Shown: in pieces, positions 1 to 7,337 of the stretch
Position numbering within the stretch: position 1 is the first letter of the stretch
How the letters are laid out: each line of letters starts with the position of its first letter
DNA from: Candidatus Bathyarchaeota archaeon
GTDB taxonomy: Archaea; Thermoproteota; Bathyarchaeia; Bathyarchaeales; Bathycorpusculaceae
Assembly (NCBI GenBank): GCA_963811105.1
Contig: CAWEPZ010000011.1
Span: 832,001 to 896,000, forward strand
Reading direction: 5' to 3'
DNA: 64,000 nt
Notes under the pieces: generated by a model
The model's database searches: none
What the model was told of the DNA's origin: nothing
Seen by the model: the letters and a program-made list of their open reading frames with translations, nothing else
Position numbers and translations under genes: made by a program

Positions 1-1833
1 ATTGCCAGTTCCATTCGTATAAGGAGTTTCAAACGGTAAGGCGGGAGCTTGGAATAACCAGGCTAGTTTTCCGTTAGTCCAGTTGTAGGCTGCAACACCG
101 TCGTATTGATTTGCAAAGAGAAGGCCGTAAGCTGATTGTTCAGAGTAATCTCCAAAGGTTCCCCAAGGATTAGATGAGAGTTCGCTTTGCCATAATTGTC
201 TTCCAGTAGCCAAATCCCAACAATAATAGTGAGCATCATCGAAACGAATAGCGACTTTGCCGTGGTCTGCGACTGTGCATGAACCGCTGAAAAGTGGGAA
301 ATCTATTCCGGCTGAAATGTTCCAAAGCAATTGTCCTGATGTAAGGCTGGCAGCCATTATTCGATTGTTTGTGGCTACTCCGGTGGCAGGGCTAACTGTG
401 CTAGTTGTCGTAACTGCAATACCTGATTCGAAATCAGCAGTGCCTATTGAAGAGAATGGAAAAGATATGTTACTGATCAGACAAGAGGAGACGAAATTGG
501 TGCTACTAATGCCTTGCAACGTCCAGTTGAGCAAACGGTACTGCGTGTTCGCGCCAGATCCTAAAGTCTGTATGCTTAGAACGTAAGGATCAGCGTAGAG
601 TGTCCCTGAAGTAACTGGAATAGTCGCGTTTGAGGTGACAGCTCCGGTCATTGGATTGTACTTTACTACTAAGCCTGTGCCTGAAACGCTACTTGAGCCT
701 ATGTATGCGAGGTTCACTATTGTTCGGTCTGTTCTTCCTAGTCCACCTGGAACTGGAGGTGCATTTTCAGCAAAACTAATGTGAGTTGGTACTTGAGTGA
801 TGCCTGTAAGATCCCAGTATATTTGTCCCGTCTGAATATCGTAGCATTCCCAAACGGTCTGTGTCACTCCATTGAAGGGTTTAGTAACTGTTTGATAGGC
901 TCTTCCTTCAAAGACAATGCTTGGATTCCCGTCGTTGCCTGGACCTGAAGTGCCGAAAGTAACAATGTTTCCGCTGGGATCGACATCAGGTGCTTGAGCA
1001 GTTGTGTATGCTCCGTCAACTAAACCGCCGTAAATACCGTCTAATGAGCCCTGTCGTCTCCATACGATGTGTGCAGTGTTTGGTCCGATTGTATAGGGTG
1101 TGAATTTGTAGTTGCTGTGGTACGTGTTAGTATTATCTGGCCAGCCTGGAGTTCCTTGGCCGCCTCCTACTTCTTCATAAGGACTGTTTGAACCAATTAC
1201 CCACCATTCTCTGTTTTCTGGTGAAATGGGTCTACTCCAGTAATCGGTTGGAAGTGGAGACTCTGGCCAACTTTTTACTTGATCCTGTTGCACGACTAAG
1301 GTATATTTGATTGTATTCGAAGGTGCATAATAGACAGTTTGGGTTGCGTTATAACCTCCGGTTGTTGCTGTGTTGTTGATTATTCCATTCACGTAGTATC
1401 CCTTTGGATAATAGTCGCCTGCGAAGAAGAATTGAAAGATATAGTTACCTACCTGTCCTGGAACATACGAAAACCATGCAGTTGTGTCTCCTTGATAGGA
1501 AACCATTGGACCGACGGTTTCTGAAGTTCCATCTGGCTTTGTGATTACTACTGTGTATCCTGTGTGTGCACGGTTAACTACAGTGGCAGGTTGAACCCAT
1601 ATGTTAACAAGCAATTCTTGACCGAGGCCTATGGGGTTTGGCGCGAAGCTAAGGTAAGGTATAGTCGTTATTGTCGAGTCTGCAGTAACACCAGCTGGTA
1701 ATGGTCCTCCTGTGACAGGGGTATTAGGCGAGCCACCGTGAACGCCTTCGTCTTGAGCATTAACTTTCATCATTGTCGCAGTTGAGATCATTAGTATAGC
1801 CATTATGATAATAGCTAAAGTTTTCTTTTTCAT
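1..1833 (-). CDS. Large secreted PQQ-like beta-propeller surface protein (paralogue 1), 3' end beyond window; not in ORF track
   Basis: Manual translation: MKKKTLAIIIMAILMISTATMMKVNAQ...GPLPAGVTADSTITTIPYLSFAPNPIGLGQELLVNIWVQP... through ...AYGLLFANQYDGVAAYNWTNGKLAWLFQAPALPFETPY at the window edge. Same motifs as 12144, 22017, 54755 and 58303. Alternative in-frame ATG at 1842. Confidence 0.9.
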   Translation of the reverse strand, partial: MKKKTLAIIIMAILMISTATMMKVNAQDEGVHGGSPNTPVTGGPLPAGVTADSTITTIPYLSFAPNPIGLGQELLVNIWVQPATVVNRAHTGYTVVITKPDGTSETVGPMVSYQGDTTAWFSYVPGQVGNYIFQFFFAGDYYPKGYYVNGIINNTATTGGYNATQTVYYAPSNTIKYTLVVQQDQVKSWPESPLPTDYWSRPISPENREWWVIGSNSPYEEVGGGQGTPGWPDNTNTYHSNYKFTPYTIGPNTAHIVWRRQGSLDGIYGGLVDGAYTTAQAPDVDPSGNIVTFGTSGPGNDGNPSIVFEGRAYQTVTKPFNGVTQTVWECYDIQTGQIYWDLTGITQVPTHISFAENAPPVPGGLGRTDRTIVNLAYIGSSSVSGTGLVVKYNPMTGAVTSNATIPVTSGTLYADPYVLSIQTLGSGANTQYRLLNWTLQGISSTNFVSSCLISNISFPFSSIGTADFESGIAVTTTSTVSPATGVATNNRIMAASLTSGQLLWNISAGIDFPLFSGSCTVADHGKVAIRFDDAHYYCWDLATGRQLWQSELSSNPWGTFGDYSEQSAYGLLFANQYDGVAAYNWTNGKLAWLFQAPALPFETPYTNGTGN

Positions 1834-1865
1834 TAAAATCATTCTTCTTTTTTACTTAAATTTTA

Positions 1866-1954
1866 AGAAAAAGCAAGGGTTCCTTTTACCCAAGGAACAA
1901 TGCAATTTCTAGAGTTCATGAAACAGCCTTTTGATTTATAAACATATCTGGAAA
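1866..1954 (-). promoter_or_regulatory. TTTCCA-N6-TATA promoter and 5' leader hairpin of paralogue 1
   Basis: Minus strand reads TTTCCA-GATATG-TTTATAAA (1954-1935), then about 25 nt later the hairpin AGAAA..GCA..GTTCCTT/AAGGAAC..TGC..TTTCT (1910-1866). Confidence 0.6.
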
Positions 1955-2091
1955 TCAAGTTTACAGTTGTAAAATATTTTCGATGGACTTGTGACGTTTT
2001 TCTAACAAGGGATTTTTTTGGTTAGTTCTAGCAATTCAAATAAATGGTTGCTTAGGTTTCATATTCTGGTTGTATTTTTGGTATGGATTTT

Positions 2092-3447
2092 TTAGGTGCT
2101 GCGGAAGTTTTCGAATTGTATTTTATAATTGCTTCGTTTCCAAATGAAGTCATATGAATTGTGTTGTGGATCAAGTCTATCGATTGTTTCTTTGAAGTCA
2201 TCAGGCACTATTAAGATGAGGCAAAAGTAGTCGCCGTAATGTTTCCGGAATGCTGAAAGTTTGTTTAGGAATTCGTTAAGGTTGTTTTTAATCCCGTGTG
2301 GTTCAAGCAGAACTTTTCTGCCGTTGTTTGTTAGTTGGGGAAGGAGAAAGTCCGGTTTGTATGTTAAAGAAACATTCGAGTTTTCCTGTGACAAGTAGAA
2401 TTCCATAAACTCGTAGTAGAAAATTACTTGTCTAGTTTTCAAAAAGTCGTAGACGTCTCTTTCCATATTACTAAACGCTCCAGGTTCAATGCGTTCACCA
2501 ACCCTGTTGTAATGATAAACCACAGTTAAGTAACGCGTAAGCGGCTGAAGCAATTCCTCATGTTTTTGAATGAAAAAGCGTAGCGACCGACCAAGAGAAA
2601 TCGGTGTTAGATCAGAGTATTCAAGCCATGTTCCCAAAATAAAGAAGGGAAAATCGATTTTGGCTGGGTCATCAGGGAAAAGAGAGAGCGCAAATTGGGT
2701 TAACTTGTCTGCGTCAGCGTCGAATGCAGCTGTGTTTTCCCACCAGCTGTCGGGTTTGTTTTTGCTGTTTAATTTGAAGGGTAAGTTGTCATTATCGCTT
2801 AAACCTAAAGCAACATAGACTCTAAGTTTAGCCGCGGTAAGCGACACCATTAGGTCTTTTGGGTCAAATTGGAAGAGGCCAAGATCAGGTGGGCCTCGAA
2901 CCATCCAACGCAGATACAACCAAGACTTTGATTTATGCTGTTTATTCATCCTTTTTACGTTATAAGAAAGTTCTTCAACGAAGTCTTTGGGTTTTCTGCC
3001 CTTCTGGCTTAATTTTGTGGTGTATTCAATTAGGTCGCCATGAGCTTTTCTTTCCACAAATTGGTTAACTGAGCACAATACCTCGGGAATCTCAGCTTTT
3101 GCTTCGCCTAAATGATCCAGATTTTGTATTTTTTGTTCAAATCTTTCGACTTCGCGCTTGAATTCCAAAGGGTTCCTTATCGTATAAAGTTTATTGCCAA
3201 ATGCTTCAGAAAGATGGTTGAGTAGTAGTCGGATGTTTCTCGGGTTTCCAGTTACCTGATAGTCGCTAAGTGAGGCTGCGAGCAAAAAGTAGTGTGCCGC
3301 TTCCTGTTTAGCTGGGTAACTGTTTAAATGCATAAATGATGGTTTGGGAGTTAGGTGCAAATCAAGCTCTAAATCAGTGACGGCGCTATAAGCTTGAACG
3401 AAACTTACAACTAAGTCCTTTAAATCGTTTGGTATCAGATCAGTCAT
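2092..3447 (-). CDS. DUF2400/TIGR02757-like (HhH-GPD superfamily) protein fused to a C-terminal PD-(D/E)xK-like nuclease domain
   Basis: KSWLYLRWMVRGPPDLGLF and FPDDPAKIDFPFF match DUF2400 motifs (LRWMVR..D.GL, DP.K.DF). The C-terminal SNMERDVYDFL..YYE..TYKPDFLL..VLLEPHG resembles a YxPDF..E.KG restriction-like nuclease fold. Confidence 0.7.
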   Translation of the reverse strand: MTDLIPNDLKDLVVSFVQAYSAVTDLELDLHLTPKPSFMHLNSYPAKQEAAHYFLLAASLSDYQVTGNPRNIRLLLNHLSEAFGNKLYTIRNPLEFKREVERFEQKIQNLDHLGEAKAEIPEVLCSVNQFVERKAHGDLIEYTTKLSQKGRKPKDFVEELSYNVKRMNKQHKSKSWLYLRWMVRGPPDLGLFQFDPKDLMVSLTAAKLRVYVALGLSDNDNLPFKLNSKNKPDSWWENTAAFDADADKLTQFALSLFPDDPAKIDFPFFILGTWLEYSDLTPISLGRSLRFFIQKHEELLQPLTRYLTVVYHYNRVGERIEPGAFSNMERDVYDFLKTRQVIFYYEFMEFYLSQENSNVSLTYKPDFLLPQLTNNGRKVLLEPHGIKNNLNEFLNKLSAFRKHYGDYFCLILIVPDDFKETIDRLDPQHNSYDFIWKRSNYKIQFENFRST

Positions 3448-3661
3448 GCTTTCTCAATTGGTTTTCTATGCTTAATTGTTTTTGTACCGTGGCGTTTGTA
3501 TTACGTTCTTTTGGCACTTATTTTGGTATTTTAGGCTGTTTTTGGAAAACTTTGGATTTTTTTGTTTGTCATACTGTAGGATTTTTATTTTGCGGGCGAT
3601 TAATCTAATAGAGGCTAATTCGGGATCACTTCAACTAATGAAAGTGAACCGAAGAAAAATT

Positions 3662-3693
3662 AAAACAGGAATTTTATCTTATTTTCCTGTTTT
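3662..3693 (-). terminator. Hairpin plus T-tract around the stop of the 3744 micro-ORF
   Basis: Perfect 10-bp inverted repeat AAAACAGGAA/TTCCTGTTTT, followed on the minus strand by AATTTTTCTT. Confidence 0.45.
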
Positions 3694-3744
3694 TGCTTCG
3701 TGCTTTGCTTTTTTCGCAGCATTCTTCTTTTTTAGAGATGGCAT
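3679..3744 (-). CDS. Putative 21-aa Lys/Ala-rich basic micropeptide
   Basis: MPSLKKKNAAKKAKHEAKTGK*. A TATA-like AAAAGTCTTTTTAG lies about 25 nt upstream (leaderless geometry) and a terminator-like hairpin lies at the stop. Confidence 0.45.
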   Translation of the reverse strand: MPSLKKKNAAKKAKHEAKTGK

Positions 3745-3804
3745 GATGCTGTATTGTGCGGAGGATGCTAAAAAGACTTTTCACCTGTTTGCATTATATT
3801 GACG

Positions 3805-4395
3805 CTAATCAACTTTGCCGTTTGTTAGGCCTGTTTGATTTAAGAGTTGACTGCTTTGGTTTAGATGCCTCTTTAGTATTTCTTCTCGCCATTTTCTTTC
3901 CCAGCTTGCCCAACCGGTCTTAACTAGACTTTCTCTCAAGTGAGGATTCTGTGCGACCCAGTCTAGAAAATTCCAGAAGCGCCTCTTGTTTTGGAGCAGT
4001 TCTTTCGGAACCCCTTTTTCAACACACCACCGGACATAACCATCTTCAACCATCTTTCGAAGCTCGCCTGTGGATTCGACTTTTTGAACTTTGAATCCTT
4101 GCTTTTGCAGGTGCTCGATTACAGTGGATAAAACATATTCTGAACAAACCTTAAAACAGGTTTCACTATCCGGCTGCATGACTGCGACGATTTCATCTGC
4201 AATCTTTACGGCGTCACCGAGGTACTTCTTGTTTTTGAAGTGGGGCGGCTGAAACGAAGAAATAGGAATTCGTCGTTCCATTACCATGCGTTCAGGTGGT
4301 TTGAGGGCGCCAACCACCACACCTAGCAAGAGGTCGCTCCATCCTGAGGCATCTATTAGAATCGTTTTTCCGGGAAGAAAACAGTCTAGCGCCAA
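3805..4395 (-). CDS. Hypothetical protein with RNase H-like N-terminal motif
   Basis: ILIDASGWSDLLLGVVVGA resembles the first strands of RNase HII (GIDEAGRG..GPLVV). 196-aa ORF. Confidence 0.55.
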   Translation of the reverse strand: MALDCFLPGKTILIDASGWSDLLLGVVVGALKPPERMVMERRIPISSFQPPHFKNKKYLGDAVKIADEIVAVMQPDSETCFKVCSEYVLSTVIEHLQKQGFKVQKVESTGELRKMVEDGYVRWCVEKGVPKELLQNKRRFWNFLDWVAQNPHLRESLVKTGWASWERKWREEILKRHLNQSSQLLNQTGLTNGKVD

Positions 4396-4605
4396 GCTTA
4401 TCCGCCATTCAATGCATTTTCAGGATGTTTCTATGAGTTCAACTAAATTTTAATCCTTCTGGTGTTCTTTTACCATAACGATGGCTTACAGCCAATATTT
4501 TGCAGCTAGGGTTGAAATGTTTTCTTAAAAGACAATGTCCGGTTAATATCCCTCGTTTAGATTAAGCAGTATATTTTTTAGATTGTTTAAGTTAATTCTT
4601 TTAAG

Positions 4606-4908
4606 GTGTTTATTGTGGGTCAGAAGTATTTGGCTATGATTAAGATAAGTCCCAGTATGGCGGCAAAACTGTATGAGCCATTGATGGAATTTAGCGAAAA
4701 ACCAATTAAAGGAGTGACACTTGAGGAGGCTTATCAAGTATTCGGCCAATGGGATTTTGCTATACTGTTTCGGGCGGATACAAATGAAGATGCGTTGCAT
4801 TTCGTTGGAGACAAAATTCGCTTAGTAGAAGGAGTTATGGAGACTTTTACTATGCCGCTGTCACCTGTAAAGGATTATCGCAAAATGAATAGCAAAAATT
4901 CGACTTGA
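4606..4908 (+). CDS. Lrp/AsnC ligand-binding (RAM)/GYD-like domain protein
   Basis: EEAYQVFGQWDFAILFRADTNEDALHFVGDKIRLVEGVMETFT is a typical RAM-domain pattern. Start codon uncertain. Confidence 0.7.
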   Translation: MFIVGQKYLAMIKISPSMAAKLYEPLMEFSEKPIKGVTLEEAYQVFGQWDFAILFRADTNEDALHFVGDKIRLVEGVMETFTMPLSPVKDYRKMNSKNST

Positions 4909-4994
4909 GTTGTTGCTTTGTTGTTTTGTTAGACTATTAATGTGTTACTTCTATAGTGTGGAACAATTGGCTCTAATTGTGAAAAACTAATAAA

Positions 4995-6314
4995 TTGATC
5001 TCTGATATATCTGAACGTTGTGTGTCAAATTTGGTTTCTGAGAAAGTAATCCATTTTCAAGCATGCCAGATAGCAACCTCTAATTCTGTAAAGCAGCACA
5101 AACTTAGGAAACTCATAGCGTGGCTATCAGAAAAAGAGGGAAGAGGAATGGAGTTCATATCATTGTATATTCCTAGGGAGAAATCGATAGATGAGGTAGT
5201 TGCAATCCTCAAAGAGGCGTCTGATTATAATGTCTCCAAATCTGACGGCGTTGGGAATCGCCTTCAAGAGGCTCTTAGGAATGTAATCCAGCGGATAAAG
5301 CTTCGGAAAGAAATTCCTGAGAATGGTCTAGCGATATTTGCTGGAGCTTTCCTCGGGAACAATTCGGAAAGCGAGGTTTTGAATGTTGAAGAGCTCGTCC
5401 CGCCTGAGCCAATTACCACCTATCTTTACGAGGTTGACAAGCATTTCCGATTAGAGCCCCTAAGAGAGATGCTTAGAGACCAAAAAGTTGTGGGACTTAT
5501 TGCCATGGATTCAAAAGAGGCTAGCTTTGGGGTGCTTAATGGTGAACGCTTTGAAATGATAGAAAATATTACTTCAGGCGTTCATGGAAAGTCTGGAAAA
5601 GGAGGATCGAGCCAAAGGAGATACGAAAGAGAACGGGACATGGCGCTCACTAACTATTTCCATAGAGTTGCGGATCATGCGAAAAAGGCATTTCTCGAAA
5701 GCTGTCAAGTTGCGGTATTGATAGTTGGTGGACCCAGCCTGACTAAAGATGATTTCTTGAAGGGTGATTTCCTTCATTATGAGCTAAAGAATATGCTTCT
5801 GGGCAGATTTGATACTCAATCAACGGGCCGAGAAGGTGTACGAGAGTTGCTTGGCAAATCATCTGAGGCAGTGAAAAATATGTGTGTGCCAGAGCAAAAA
5901 AGGACTGTGCAGCGTCTTTTGGCAGATATTGGTAAGCAAGGGGGTTTGGCTATTTATGGGCTTGATCCGGTGTTGAACGCACTTAAGAATAGTGAAGTGG
6001 AAGTTGCACTGGTGACGGATAGTACAGATATTGTTGAAGTTGTTGCAATATGCAAAAAGTGCAATCTAGCAAAGATGAAGATAGTAAGTAAGGATAGGAA
6101 GGTTCAGACAGTTCAGGACATGATATCGATTTCATGCGAGAGGTGCGGCGCGGTTGAATACTTTGTCGATGAGAAGGACATAATAGATGTTTTGGAGGAT
6201 ATGGCTTCACGCACAAACGCGGTAGTCGAGGTGATTTCTCCAGAGTCAGAGGAAAAAGCAAAGCTTAGTGCTTTGGGAGGCTTTACCGCTCTCTTGAGAT
6301 ATAGACATGGATAA
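4995..6314 (+). CDS. Divergent archaeal peptide chain release factor aRF1 homologue
   Basis: GRGMEFISLYIP, IPENGLAIFAG, LVPPEPITTYLY..DKHF.LEPL, ITSGVHGKSGKGGSSQRRYERER, CKKC/CERC minidomain, LGGFTALLRY. GGQ is replaced by GGS. Confidence 0.9.
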   Translation: MISDISERCVSNLVSEKVIHFQACQIATSNSVKQHKLRKLIAWLSEKEGRGMEFISLYIPREKSIDEVVAILKEASDYNVSKSDGVGNRLQEALRNVIQRIKLRKEIPENGLAIFAGAFLGNNSESEVLNVEELVPPEPITTYLYEVDKHFRLEPLREMLRDQKVVGLIAMDSKEASFGVLNGERFEMIENITSGVHGKSGKGGSSQRRYERERDMALTNYFHRVADHAKKAFLESCQVAVLIVGGPSLTKDDFLKGDFLHYELKNMLLGRFDTQSTGREGVRELLGKSSEAVKNMCVPEQKRTVQRLLADIGKQGGLAIYGLDPVLNALKNSEVEVALVTDSTDIVEVVAICKKCNLAKMKIVSKDRKVQTVQDMISISCERCGAVEYFVDEKDIIDVLEDMASRTNAVVEVISPESEEKAKLSALGGFTALLRYRHG

Positions 6315-6404
6315 AATGAATACTGATTTTTTTTCTTCTTAATCGTTTTTTATTGCTGAGATCTTCGTGCTTTGTTTTTATGGTATGTTGTTGTCGGATT
6401 TAGG

Positions 6405-6520
6405 CGAAATTTTTTTCAGTTTGTTTTGGGGAGTATTTTCCTAATTTAGAACTTGCGATTTTTGCACGTTGCGTGAATAAGTGTAAAGAAGAGAAATAAA
6501 GATTAAAAAAGTCTCAAACC
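6405..6520 (+). repeat. Dispersed intergenic element copy A (T/G tract + CACGTTG + weak 10-bp-phased array)
   Basis: ttttttcagtttgttttggggagtattttc..atttag..tttgCACGTTGcgtg aligns closely with 9597-9661. Confidence 0.6.
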
Positions 6521-6527
6521 ATGAAAA

Positions 6528-7079
6528 TTAGGCTTCTTTAAGATTTACGTTTATGTTTCTTATTAGCCGTTCCAAAACTTCAGTACTCATCCATTCCGTT
6601 TTAAGATATCGACGAATTTTTGCGTCACTTAACCCAATACGCTTGGCTTCCAGCACAGCGTAACGGTATGCTTCGATTTCTGTTGGTCTATCGATGTATT
6701 CGTAATTTGAGTCAAAAAGGTCTCGGCCTTCCATGTGCTGTTTCACATGGCAGAGTTCATGAATGATATCAAGATAAATGTCTTCTTTACTTCCGCTGTT
6801 TAAGTAACGTTTGTTCACGATCAAGTGCCCATCATTGTCGCTAACACCCATATAACCGAACCATATGAAATCCACCTTCAGGTTCTTGAGAACTTTTTCA
6901 GTTTCTTCCCCGAATATTCCGCGAACAGCAAGATTTTTCTCGAAGCCGGTGAAGTACTCCACAAATGCATGCGTCTCCGCGACCAAATGGATTATCCCCG
7001 TCAGGTGAAGGTTGCCAAATAAGCGGAAAATTCGCCCTGCAACATACTCTATTCCGCTCCTAGCAGTCACAGCACACAA
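6528..7079 (-). CDS. HExxH zincin-like metallopeptidase family protein
   Basis: IIHELCHVKQH plus downstream PTEIEAY third-ligand motif. Start uncertain. Confidence 0.7.
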   Translation of the reverse strand: MCAVTARSGIEYVAGRIFRLFGNLHLTGIIHLVAETHAFVEYFTGFEKNLAVRGIFGEETEKVLKNLKVDFIWFGYMGVSDNDGHLIVNKRYLNSGSKEDIYLDIIHELCHVKQHMEGRDLFDSNYEYIDRPTEIEAYRYAVLEAKRIGLSDAKIRRYLKTEWMSTEVLERLIRNINVNLKEA

Positions 7080-7337
7080 CTACCTAAACTTTGATAAATA
7101 CTCAAATCACATACCCATTCAAGCTTTTGTGCCAACCAATTCTTGTATTACGAAGGCGTTAAGTTAAAATGCTTTCTCCGAATCGAAGACATGAAACGCA
7201 GAATATTTGACTTAAAGAGAACGCTGGATCAAATGAGGGATGAGGATGTTTGAAAGACGCTTGCATTTAGTCTTTGCGATGTGCTTTGACTATCCTCTGA
7301 TGAAATAAAACTTCTTCAAATTTCTGTTTTAGAAAAA

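Noticed and set aside
257-1524. + strand ORFs 257-586 and 1339-1524, and the many similar short ORFs inside long genes
   Set aside because: Antisense or off-frame shadows of well-supported genes; here the real gene is the minus-strand paralogue 1.
3476-3802. 108-aa Phe-rich + strand ORF (also 9590-9808 and 47714-47992)
   Set aside because: These are translations of T-rich intergenic or repeat-element DNA, with no protein motifs.
7191-7253. 20-aa ORF MKRRIFDLKRTLDQMRDEDV with a TATA-like element upstream
   Set aside because: Too short, with no distinctive composition or motif to support it.
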